From positions 96,001-160,000 of the forward strand of contig JANMPT010000024.1 in the NCBI GenBank assembly GCA_031370005.1: DNA of 64,000 nucleotides, written 5' to 3'. The notes beneath the pieces were generated by a model that was given only the letters and a program-made list of their open reading frames with translations, did no database searches and was not told where the DNA came from. Of the stretch, positions 48,708 to 58,136 are shown piece after piece (positions within the stretch are counted from its first letter, which is position 1; every line of letters starts with the position of its first letter). The stretch is from Bdellovibrionales bacterium (GTDB lineage: Bacteria; Bdellovibrionota; Bdellovibrionia; Bdellovibrionales; Bdellovibrionaceae). The position numbers and the translations under genes are program-made.

Positions 48708-48821
48708 GACTTTTGTATAGTTTTTCTCCGGCTTCAGCTTGGTTATGCACTCAAGCTGCTTGGAGTAAGAAATCCCTGTAAACGTCATTATATTTTAAAA
48801 TCGCTCACCGATAAGTTAAAT

Positions 48822-51809
48822 ATGAAAAAAATCATTTTAGCTTTTGCTATTTTAGCTACGCCCTTTTTTACTCATGCTGAATGGGCCAAAGAAATTGATG
48901 CAGATATAGAACTAAATGACGAAGTTACTAACATAGAAGTTAGTGCTGATGGTTCTTATGTTCTCACAGAGCAACGCACTTTCACTGCGCTTAATGATAA
49001 AGGTCGTAGTCGGTTAGCGCATGAAACTATCAAATTTATTCCAGACTCTATGTCGGTTAGTATAAAGTCAGCGGCCAGTATTACAAAAGGGATTACCTCG
49101 AAAGTTGATCTAAAGAGTATTCAAGAAAGAACGGCGGAGGGACCAAGCAACGGTGTTAATGCACTTAAGGAGTTGGTCATTCCTTTTAATAATTTAAAAG
49201 TCGGTTCTTCGATCAAATATGAATATGCTTTAAGAGTAAAAAAAGCCGCCGTCGCCGGCATCTTTAGCATGAGATTAATCTATGGTTTAAGCTTTCCCGA
49301 AAGATCTGGAAAGGTAATTGTTACGTCGCCTAAAAAAATTCATTTTGCATCAATAGACCCGGACAAAGCTTTAAATATTCAGTCCTCGCAGGAGGGAAAG
49401 CTCTATAAGCTGAGCGTTACCCTGATGAAGTCTGCATTTAAAATACCCAATGAGGCATCAGCCTCTATTCCAAAAAATCTTCATGCTCAAGTTGAATTTT
49501 CAACAGCTGATAGCTGGAATGAATTTGCAAAAGAAGTCAGCGCAAAATACGAAAAAATTTTGGCAATAAAGACTCTTCCACCAGCACTTAAGGAAATCGC
49601 TGTCAATGCCGCTGCACTTAAGAATCCATTTGATAAAATCAACAAAGTTACTTCAGAGTTGGCAAATGTCATGACCTATTCTGGAGATTGGACAAGTTTA
49701 GAAAAAATGTTTTATCCAAAAGATCTTGCGGAAATTGCCAAGCTAAAGATGGGGGATTGTAAAGACTTTGCAGTCGCGACGACTGCAATCCTAAGAAGCT
49801 TAGGGTTTCAAGCAGATGTCTCGTTGGTCTATCGTCAAGATCAAGTACGAGTTGTTAGTCAAATTATGGCAAAGCCCATCGATCTAAAAATAGCTTTAAG
49901 TGATATTTTCAACCACGCCATTGTGCATGTGACCGTAGATAATAAAGATATTTGGGTTGATCCTACCAACATCGTAAGCAATGCGAAATTAATCTATTCC
50001 GATATCGCCGCATCTCCAGCTTTAGTGTTAAATAAAGAAACCTTAGGACTTAGTATGATCCCTGAGTCTACCACTCAAGAAAGCATTGTTAGCATTAACA
50101 AAATACTGAAAATCAATCCAGACGAAACGGTGGATTCCGAGGGAAGTTTTGAAGCCAAGGGCGATTATGCGAAATCTCTCTTTGAGGTAGCTATTTACAA
50201 AAATGAGCAAACAGCGAAAGAAAGAATTTTATCTCTTTACGGAACAGATCCTCGCCATAAGCAGTTTTTTTTGGATGGTCTGAATTTTAAAACTAGGATT
50301 GCAGATAAGATCGAAGTGAAAGTTAAAGTTATGAGCGAAAAGAATGTTTTTAAAGAGGAAAAGGAAAATAAATCATTATTCATTCCGATGTCCAGTCGTC
50401 TTGGTGTTTTTGGAGTAGTCGGTCAGAATAGGGTTACTGATTTTTATGTCGGTCCACGAGCGACAGAAAAAACAATTACAAAAATTCCTGGCTATGATTT
50501 TGGCAGCAAAGACTATGGCTGTTTTACACTCACGCCGTGGTACACAATTGAAAGAAAGCTACTTAAAACAAAAGAAGGCTTTGATGTACAAGATGTCGTC
50601 AACTATCGACAGTCCTTAATTAAGGCATCTGATATAAATCAAGAAAATTTTCAGTTTAATATTGGCGATATTGCAGACTGTGCTCGTGCCCAAAATATTA
50701 CAATTCACCCACTGAAGCAGGGCGAAGACTTAAAAATGCGCATGAAAAACTACAATACGACACGAATTGATGAATTATTAAATGCAAGTGGGCCTGCAAG
50801 TATTGAAACCACTCGTGAGGCGAAAAACATTGTGGACGGCTTATTATTTTTAGATCCGAAAGACAAAATGGCACGACGGAAAAAATATAGTGTTCTAGTA
50901 AACATTAACTTTAAGCGGAATGATATTGATCGAACTGAATACAATAAAGCTGCGGGCGAGGTTATAAATCAGCTTTACTTAGAGTTCTCAGAAGACGACA
51001 AAGTTTTGAAATTGAAAACTTATTATGCCATTCGTACGGAGAATATGGGGGATGCAAAAAAATTCTTTAAGCAGGCATACTATACTTCCAAAAAAAATTT
51101 CGAGATTTACGCGCTTGGTGGATTTCTGGCAGAAAAGCTTCATGACCTTAAGACGGCTGAGGGGTCCTACAAGAAGGCCCTAGAATTAACAAAAGACTTT
51201 GGTGAAATAAGCGGCACGTATTTAAGTCTGGCGGGGATTGCATGGTCGCAGAAGCAAAATGATGTGGCCATTAATTATTATAAAAAAGCCATTCAATACA
51301 ATCCTTCAGATGCGTGGCTTTATAGTGGCTACGTGAATAAACTTAACTATCTGCAGAAATGGGATGAGGCCATCGCGGCCGGCGAAAAGATGCTTAAATT
51401 GGCCGATTTTGGGGTCGGCCGAAATCTTCTTGGGAAGGCTTACTCAGGCAAGGCTGTGGATATCTGGCAAACCTATACCCGCACTAAGCGCTTTGTCACC
51501 GATCCTGATCAGGACGTAGTTGCGAATATTTGCATGAAGGCTTTAAAATATAAAGATACAGATTTTAACTGTCTCTCGCTTCTAGGTTTTTTTGCACTTA
51601 ATACTGCGCGAATGGAAAATGATTTGGCAAAGGCACAAAAAGCTTACGACTATTACACGCGGGCCCTACAGGACCCAGAGAATATGAGCAACCCGGAAAA
51701 TCTCAAACTACAAGCAGAGGCAAAACAAATTGTTGCTCGACTGCAGGCAAGCAAAGACGCGATTGGAAACAATGTGTCTTCGCGTCTGCCGGCATCTTCT
51801 GAAAAATAA
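48822..51809 (+). CDS. Secreted DUF3857/transglutaminase-like protein with C-terminal TPR repeats
   Basis: GDCKDFA, FNHAI, WVDPT (Cys-His-Asp triad); TPR helices. Confidence 0.85.
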   Translation: MKKIILAFAILATPFFTHAEWAKEIDADIELNDEVTNIEVSADGSYVLTEQRTFTALNDKGRSRLAHETIKFIPDSMSVSIKSAASITKGITSKVDLKSIQERTAEGPSNGVNALKELVIPFNNLKVGSSIKYEYALRVKKAAVAGIFSMRLIYGLSFPERSGKVIVTSPKKIHFASIDPDKALNIQSSQEGKLYKLSVTLMKSAFKIPNEASASIPKNLHAQVEFSTADSWNEFAKEVSAKYEKILAIKTLPPALKEIAVNAAALKNPFDKINKVTSELANVMTYSGDWTSLEKMFYPKDLAEIAKLKMGDCKDFAVATTAILRSLGFQADVSLVYRQDQVRVVSQIMAKPIDLKIALSDIFNHAIVHVTVDNKDIWVDPTNIVSNAKLIYSDIAASPALVLNKETLGLSMIPESTTQESIVSINKILKINPDETVDSEGSFEAKGDYAKSLFEVAIYKNEQTAKERILSLYGTDPRHKQFFLDGLNFKTRIADKIEVKVKVMSEKNVFKEEKENKSLFIPMSSRLGVFGVVGQNRVTDFYVGPRATEKTITKIPGYDFGSKDYGCFTLTPWYTIERKLLKTKEGFDVQDVVNYRQSLIKASDINQENFQFNIGDIADCARAQNITIHPLKQGEDLKMRMKNYNTTRIDELLNASGPASIETTREAKNIVDGLLFLDPKDKMARRKKYSVLVNINFKRNDIDRTEYNKAAGEVINQLYLEFSEDDKVLKLKTYYAIRTENMGDAKKFFKQAYYTSKKNFEIYALGGFLAEKLHDLKTAEGSYKKALELTKDFGEISGTYLSLAGIAWSQKQNDVAINYYKKAIQYNPSDAWLYSGYVNKLNYLQKWDEAIAAGEKMLKLADFGVGRNLLGKAYSGKAVDIWQTYTRTKRFVTDPDQDVVANICMKALKYKDTDFNCLSLLGFFALNTARMENDLAKAQKAYDYYTRALQDPENMSNPENLKLQAEAKQIVARLQASKDAIGNNVSSRLPASSEK

Positions 51810-51854
51810 TCATTACCCCGAGGCCAGCGAGTGAGCCTAGCTATATAATTCAAA

Positions 51855-54599
51855 TCAGTCCTTTTGAAATAGAGTCAGTTCTGTGAGGAACTCTTGCTGC
51901 GCGGGATCCAAAGAGTTTGGGGTGACTTTTGTGAGTTCATCCGCAATTTTTTCTTGCATCTTTACAAGATGTGAAAGCTCAGATGGGTAGGAGATAGAAC
52001 CCTTTTGAGCCTCTTCAGGTGTTGGAAATGGAATCGTGGTGTTGACTATGCCCAGAGTCAGTAATGGTCTGCTTTCCCAGCTGACCTTGCCAATAAATAG
52101 GGCTCCTAGCAGCTTAACGATTTCGAGATCACTCTTAGAGTTAAAAGCCTGAATATAGGCCGCTAAGAATTGAGGGTCTTGGACTTTTTGGTACAAGTAG
52201 TAGTTTAAAATATTTTTGGACATGATTGCATTTTGTCGGACATAGCAATATGGTGGGTGAACGGTTTGGCAGTCGCCCGTTTCCGAGAGAATCGCATCGA
52301 ATTTGCTCATAAGTGATGGCATTAGAGGTTCTCCCGCAATCAGGGCGGTTTGAGCAATAGCGGTATTGACATTTTCAAGTGCGGACCTTAACCAGAATTC
52401 AGATTGATTTTGTTTTTGCAGCGAATCTCTGGAGCCATTCAGGGCATTAGTCACAACATTGTTCATCTTATCCCAGGACTCTGCTGAAACCGAGAGCATT
52501 GGATGCAAAGACAAAAGCGCACCCACATATCTTTCAAGTGATTCCGTTGAAATTGTATCCTTTAGACGACTTTCAAGATTTGACGTTTGGTTTTGGATCT
52601 TGCGATTCATATATATAGCTTTGCGCTCTAATCCCTTAAAGTCAGAAGACGGCAAGTGTAAGGCGAGTGAGTCGACAGTCTTTCCAGGGAAAGTGGATAT
52701 GGCGTTGGCAAGAGCGGGTTTGTAAATTTGAGTTTCGATTTCAAGAGGGGTCGCGTAATTATAATTATTACTTTCTAAAAAAGCAGTTAAGGGCGTCATC
52801 AGAATTGCTTTAAATGAAAAAGCATCTGTCATTGCTCTGCTGCAATCGGCATAAGAGGCCTTAAGGCCATCTTCGTTTTGCAAACGATTTCGGACCCCAA
52901 TGTCCGCTAACATATGAGCGAGTATAGATCTATCGGACATGGTTGAAAATAGATTGAGAGATAGATTTTCTTTTGTAGATAAGGAACTCATTCGATTAAC
53001 TAAGGAGAAACAGCCTCCGAGTCTATCATCGATCAGTTTTCTTACAGCCCGGCGGCTATTGATAACCTCTTGCTTTACGCTATCAATCGCATGCATTTCT
53101 TCTTGGTGATAACGATCGACTTTATAACTAAGCTCTTCAATTTTTGCGAGGGTTTGTTTTTGAAGTTCTAGGATTTCTTTCTGCAATTGAATTACTTTAT
53201 CTAATTTTTTATTAACTTCTCCAAGCTGTGCATTCATTTGGGCCTGCGCCATAACGCTTGCCCCAACTCCCACTGGCCCCATTGTCAGTGCGACTCCACC
53301 TGAGCCGGATAGCACGCTGAAGGCCCCCAAGAGACCATTGGAAGAAAAGGCTTCGGCGACTTGCTGAGCCACTTGTACTCCTTGGGTGATTTTTTGAGCG
53401 GTGTTTAAGGCCTCTTCAACCTTGGGATCCATTTTTGCGCCAAGAGCTTGTGCAATCACTCGAGTTCCGTTAATCAAGTAATCTACGGATTGAGAAGTTT
53501 TTGCTGCGCCCGCAAAGAACTTTTTCACATTTTTTCCCATTGGACGCCCCTCAGAAAGAAAGCTCTGCCCTTCGGAATTTGAGTCTCCTATGTCTTCGCC
53601 TAATAAAATATTTTTGATTAAGTGGGCGGTTTCTTTGGCGCTTTGGTCTGTAATTTTCGGATTAAATTCGGCAGCCCATTCTGGATGTTCAGCGATATCA
53701 GTTTGAATTCCACTCATGGCCTCTTTCATAAGATCCCAACCCTGAGTAAGGTTTTCGCGATATTGGTCCATCGCCTTGAGTACTATGCGAACTTCTGTGA
53801 TTTTTTGACCGACCCCACGGAGCTCCTCAGCAACATGAACTATATCCTTTACTGAATCATGTACTTTAAGGAAGCTATAAAGTTCTGAGGCCACATATCC
53901 ATAAATAACGAGCTTATCACCATCTTCGGAAGCAAAGTCATAGGAGGCGAGTCGCCTATCCCATTTTTTGAGAAGTTGATAGATCTCCTGAGCTCCAACT
54001 TTATCGCCCTTATTTTTTGTCGCATTGATTTGTTCGACAATATCAGGGTCGAGATTGCCAACAATATCGCGACCAATATCACGAGTCTCATTTTTTATTT
54101 TTTCGTCAAAGGCACTCTGAATTTTTAGAAAAGCTTGAGCCTGCGCTGCTGCTGCCGATCGGAGACGAATTTGCAGACCGAATGCATCCTCGGATTCTAA
54201 GCTGGTGACCTCACTAAATACTGAATTTGTAATTAACCCTGGATCGTGTATATATGATTTTTCCCCCAAAATGAAGTTTTGCTTCATTTGTAAAAACTCT
54301 GAGATCAAGTTTTGACTTATTGACGAATGCGGATCGTGGTTTTGTGTCTGTGATTGAATTGATATAAGACCATTTGCATCTAAGGACCATAACCATGGAG
54401 TCAGAAGCTCGGCCAAGGCATAGTTCGGATTTTCTGAATCCGTTAGCCGTATCCACTGAGATTGAGCCGTCCCAAGTTTTGAAACCTTTTCTACCATACT
54501 GCTCGTGCGCACACCTGAGGACTTATTTGAGGGTGGAGTGCACGCGGTGGTAGTCATGAACATCACAAGAAAACTTGAAATGAGCCTTTTATTTTTCAT
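51855..54599 (-). CDS. Large lipoprotein of unknown function with hydrophobic Gly-rich segment and coiled coil
   Basis: Lipobox TTAC; GLLGAFSVLSGSGGVALTMGPVGVG followed by LGEVNKKLDKVIQLQKEIL. Confidence 0.7.
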   Translation of the reverse strand: MKNKRLISSFLVMFMTTTACTPPSNKSSGVRTSSMVEKVSKLGTAQSQWIRLTDSENPNYALAELLTPWLWSLDANGLISIQSQTQNHDPHSSISQNLISEFLQMKQNFILGEKSYIHDPGLITNSVFSEVTSLESEDAFGLQIRLRSAAAAQAQAFLKIQSAFDEKIKNETRDIGRDIVGNLDPDIVEQINATKNKGDKVGAQEIYQLLKKWDRRLASYDFASEDGDKLVIYGYVASELYSFLKVHDSVKDIVHVAEELRGVGQKITEVRIVLKAMDQYRENLTQGWDLMKEAMSGIQTDIAEHPEWAAEFNPKITDQSAKETAHLIKNILLGEDIGDSNSEGQSFLSEGRPMGKNVKKFFAGAAKTSQSVDYLINGTRVIAQALGAKMDPKVEEALNTAQKITQGVQVAQQVAEAFSSNGLLGAFSVLSGSGGVALTMGPVGVGASVMAQAQMNAQLGEVNKKLDKVIQLQKEILELQKQTLAKIEELSYKVDRYHQEEMHAIDSVKQEVINSRRAVRKLIDDRLGGCFSLVNRMSSLSTKENLSLNLFSTMSDRSILAHMLADIGVRNRLQNEDGLKASYADCSRAMTDAFSFKAILMTPLTAFLESNNYNYATPLEIETQIYKPALANAISTFPGKTVDSLALHLPSSDFKGLERKAIYMNRKIQNQTSNLESRLKDTISTESLERYVGALLSLHPMLSVSAESWDKMNNVVTNALNGSRDSLQKQNQSEFWLRSALENVNTAIAQTALIAGEPLMPSLMSKFDAILSETGDCQTVHPPYCYVRQNAIMSKNILNYYLYQKVQDPQFLAAYIQAFNSKSDLEIVKLLGALFIGKVSWESRPLLTLGIVNTTIPFPTPEEAQKGSISYPSELSHLVKMQEKIADELTKVTPNSLDPAQQEFLTELTLFQKD

Positions 54600-54662
54600 A
54601 AATTAATTCCTTTGCGCATCAGTATTGCGATTTGATCGTTTGATTGTGAGTTTAAGAATTTA

Positions 54663-55955
54663 CTAACATGTTTTTTCTTGCTGATTGAATTGCAGGCAAG
54701 AGTTTTGTTTTTCTCCATCGACACCCTTTGGGCCTGGCTTTCCGGGCTCACCGGGCTGACCCTGAGCGCCACTGAGTGCGGCTTTGCAAAGTGAGTTTTT
54801 TATTGTCCCTGGGTCGCCTCCAAGGCCTCCTGGCCCACCTTTTCCACCAAGACTGACTTCGCCACCCAGGCCTGGTGAGCTAATAACAGTGGGGGGCTGC
54901 CCCTGAAGTTTGCGCGCAAAAAAGTTAACTGCTCCCGAGTCTCCGCCTTTCATTCCGGGATTTCCATTTTTCCCTGGAAGGCCTTGAGCTCCTGCTTTTC
55001 CATTTGTGGCCTCTTGTGCGCAGATCCAGTTGCAAGGTTCTATTTCACGTATAGTCTCATGGAAAGATAAGGGTTGAATTTTTCGGGCAAGTCCTCGATA
55101 GCAATTCTGTCGATCGCTGGAATTAGATCCTGGTTCAGCTTTTGGTGGACTTGTTGTTTCATCGAGTCCATCAATGCCCTTTCCTCCTCGTGTTCCGCGC
55201 ATAGCTATTTCGAGATCGCCAATAAAAAAATCTGTGCTAATGCTGATGTGACCACCACATCGTCCAGGTTTCCCAACGGCGGCTACAGCATCCGCAAACT
55301 CCTGCGTAAATGACCCAAGGGTCCCTCTTTGAGCAATTATGATTGCCGCATGTATACTGAGATCGGCGCCCTCCGTTAGAAAAGCCGAGTTCTCATCGAT
55401 GAACAAAGTTCCAAGATCTAAGTCTTTATTTGTAATTGATAATTCTGATAATTTTTTTATTCCTTGAATCAGGACATCTGGTTTTATTGCGAACTCGAGA
55501 GGTTTTAATGTTTCTTCATCTAAAACCAGTTCGTAACGAAACTTTTGGGTTTCGATAGGCTCGCCGGAGATATCGATAGTCTCAGAAAGAGTCACGTAAC
55601 CATTTTCATATTGGAAAGGTGTTGTGTCGACGTGTAACAAGGCTTTTTTATTTACATGAACCCTAGTGATCTGTATGCGTTCAGCGAGTTCAGTCGGCAT
55701 TGTCAGCTGGGCTGTGTAGCGATTGAGGTCGCGTTTGTAGGCTTCGATATTAGAAAGATCTGGGTTGAGGGAGGTCTGTCTCTCGAATTTCAACTGGACA
55801 CCACTTTCCGATTTAATGACTTGCGCGCCGGGCTCCTCTGGCTCTTGACTTGGAGGCGTTCCTTGGCCACATCCTGTAAGAAAAAGAGATATGGCGACTA
55901 AAGTTGAAGTGATGAGTGCTGTTGTTACAGTCATTGTAAATAAATTTTGTTTCAT
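54663..55955 (-). CDS. Lipoprotein with collagen-like/Gly-rich G-x-x repeats
   Basis: Start MKQNLF after AGGGG; lipobox LTGC; GKAGAQGLPGKNGNPG, GAQGQPGEPGKPGPKG. Confidence 0.75.
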   Translation of the reverse strand: MKQNLFTMTVTTALITSTLVAISLFLTGCGQGTPPSQEPEEPGAQVIKSESGVQLKFERQTSLNPDLSNIEAYKRDLNRYTAQLTMPTELAERIQITRVHVNKKALLHVDTTPFQYENGYVTLSETIDISGEPIETQKFRYELVLDEETLKPLEFAIKPDVLIQGIKKLSELSITNKDLDLGTLFIDENSAFLTEGADLSIHAAIIIAQRGTLGSFTQEFADAVAAVGKPGRCGGHISISTDFFIGDLEIAMRGTRGGKGIDGLDETTSPPKAEPGSNSSDRQNCYRGLARKIQPLSFHETIREIEPCNWICAQEATNGKAGAQGLPGKNGNPGMKGGDSGAVNFFARKLQGQPPTVISSPGLGGEVSLGGKGGPGGLGGDPGTIKNSLCKAALSGAQGQPGEPGKPGPKGVDGEKQNSCLQFNQQEKTC

Positions 55956-55993
55956 AAGTTCCCCTCTGGTTTTCATGATTTGCTAGGTAATAA

Positions 55994-56009
55994 AGCAATG
56001 GCCGGGCCA
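55994..56009 (-). promoter_or_regulatory. Sigma54 (RpoN) promoter
   Basis: TGGCCCGGCCATTGCT matches TGGC-N8-GC with TTGCT. Confidence 0.65.
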
Positions 56010-56160
56010 CTACAAAAATATCTTGAAATCGAATATAGAAGAGATAGCCTGTTTTCTCGGATTTTTTGTCCGGAAAGCCGGACGAAAAAATCCTAAGCAC
56101 TGGACAAAGGCCTTATTGCATAAGGTGCCCTTCGTATGCAGGTCCGTTTATCCAGTCCAG

Positions 56161-56187
56161 TATAGTTTTTATGTCTTACACCGATAC
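56161..56187 (+). promoter_or_regulatory. Candidate sigma28 promoter
   Basis: TATAG-N14-ACCGATAC upstream of the cyclase-like gene. Confidence 0.5.
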
Positions 56188-56247
56188 GATTTGTAGTGAG
56201 CTGATCAAAATAATTTTTGATCTACTTTTTATTTTGGAGGACCTTAC

Positions 56248-58134
56248 TTGTCGTCGCGGCAAAAAAATAGAAAAAATTTTTTGTTAGTTGTTATCGCAGT
56301 GTTCTGGGTAACTTATGTCGGTATTGTGTCTACAGAATACTATTTTAATATTACTTCCCGTGTTGATCGTGTGATTCAAGATCGAAAAAAAGACGTCGAC
56401 TTTGTTTTAGAATTCTCCGGCAATCTCATTATCAAAGATAATCTCGATTCTCTCTCTGAACGTCTGAGGCAGGCGCGAGAGTTTCGCATGGTGGATTTCT
56501 ACGTTCTTCAGAGGAAAAATAAAGTCATTACCTATTATAATAAACAAAACAATCCGGACGAGCTTAACCAAGAGTATTCAAACCTCAATCAATTTGTTGA
56601 AAGCGAAGATGTCACTTTCAAGACAATTAAAATTTATGATTATCTTCTGACTGTGGGAGTTAATACCGCCAAGAAATCGCTTTTACGAGTAGCCTTCGGT
56701 GAGCAAAAGTATCTTATACTTCACAATCTGGCAATCGTAAGTGTTTTTGCAGCCGTTCTATTCTTTTTTATATATAAAGAGGCGGTGAGCTTTACAAAAC
56801 TTCGCGGGTTAAAAAAGATTGAGCCGGAGGCTCCTTTAAAGTCAGTGACAGTTGCAATATCTGAGGCCCGGACCTTGAAGGAGAGTCACAAGAGTCTTTT
56901 GGCACCTGCCTTATTGCATGAGATTAAGAGCAAGACGTTTGCCCCTGCTAGTTTTGAAAGCACTGTGGTTCGGGTGGATTTGAGCAATGAAACTCAAGCA
57001 GTTCTTAGTAAGAGTGACCATTTGAGCGCAGTTCTTAATAAGTATATTATTGCCGGGCAAGAAATCGTAGGTCGGTACGGCGGCCTGCTTTGCCAAAGCG
57101 CAGGAACGGAATTGATCTTTCACCTTAAGGGTTCTCGTAAGGCAGTGGAACCAATGGCAATCGCCTGCGTTCGTTCGCTCTTCGAGCTTGCTGAAGAAAT
57201 TGAAAGAACACTTCCGCTCTCCATTGGAATTAACTTTAAATTAAAGGCAGGCTTGTCTAGCGGCCAGGTTCAATTCACTAAGCTTGAAAGTGGTTTTAAC
57301 ATCAGTGGTATACCATTTGCTGAGTCGGCTAAGATTGTAGCACATGTTGGGGGCATTTTAAATCGCTCCGTACTTGCTCTTTCTGAGCCCTCCCATGAAT
57401 TTGTCTCTCGACTTTGCAGTATTTCTTCTTTGACTCATGAAATTTACATTGTGGATGAATTCGCCTCCCAAGAGCTTATGTTTGAAAAAGGTAAGATTGA
57501 ATTTAGCACGTACTATCGTAGTGATTTAAATTTAATGGCGCTTATGAAATATATGGAAAAACTTATTGATGAGCAGAATAATGAGTTTTATTTTCGAATA
57601 TTGGGTGACCTTAAGCACGTAAAAGTGAATGTTATCTGTTCAGATCTTGAGAAGTCCTTCACTCATTTCTTAGAGATGGCGTATCGAAAATCCCATGATA
57701 TGCCAGTTGATCCCAAAGTACTTTCAGCTGCGGTTTCGCTTACGCATAATTTGATCCCATCAGGAACTGGCTCGGATAAGCTCACGGAAATTCTAAAGTT
57801 GTATCTGCAATTTGCAGATCCCCGCGTGCAAGCCAATGCCGTATCAGCTCTTGGTGAGGTGCCATCGAATATCCGCTTCTTAAAAAAGTTTATTCACTCT
57901 GATCATAATCGTTTGTCGGCAGATGCCTTGCTAGTAACTGGGAAACAAGTAGTGGACAAAGAGCTTGTCACCCGTGTGCAAAGCCTTTTACGCTCTTCAG
58001 ATAAGGTTCATCAGGCCAGTGGGCGTTATGTGGCATTGAAGCTGGTCGAATATTACAAGCAAAGTGATATGCTATATTTCAACACGAATCCTCATTTGAA
58101 AAAGCTTGAAGAACTTCTCGGGAAGGCCGCTTAG
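56248..58134 (+). CDS. Membrane protein with degenerate class III nucleotide-cyclase-like domain and C-terminal HEAT repeats
   Basis: Two TMs; STVVRVDLSN, IVGRYGG, SAGTELIF, LKAGLSSG; DPRVQANAVSALG HEAT. Confidence 0.65.
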   Translation: MSSRQKNRKNFLLVVIAVFWVTYVGIVSTEYYFNITSRVDRVIQDRKKDVDFVLEFSGNLIIKDNLDSLSERLRQAREFRMVDFYVLQRKNKVITYYNKQNNPDELNQEYSNLNQFVESEDVTFKTIKIYDYLLTVGVNTAKKSLLRVAFGEQKYLILHNLAIVSVFAAVLFFFIYKEAVSFTKLRGLKKIEPEAPLKSVTVAISEARTLKESHKSLLAPALLHEIKSKTFAPASFESTVVRVDLSNETQAVLSKSDHLSAVLNKYIIAGQEIVGRYGGLLCQSAGTELIFHLKGSRKAVEPMAIACVRSLFELAEEIERTLPLSIGINFKLKAGLSSGQVQFTKLESGFNISGIPFAESAKIVAHVGGILNRSVLALSEPSHEFVSRLCSISSLTHEIYIVDEFASQELMFEKGKIEFSTYYRSDLNLMALMKYMEKLIDEQNNEFYFRILGDLKHVKVNVICSDLEKSFTHFLEMAYRKSHDMPVDPKVLSAAVSLTHNLIPSGTGSDKLTEILKLYLQFADPRVQANAVSALGEVPSNIRFLKKFIHSDHNRLSADALLVTGKQVVDKELVTRVQSLLRSSDKVHQASGRYVALKLVEYYKQSDMLYFNTNPHLKKLEELLGKAA

Positions 58135-58136
58135 CG

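Noticed and set aside
48788..48814. ACCGATAA as a sigma28 promoter before 48822
   Set aside because: Poor -35 and only 7 bp to the start codon
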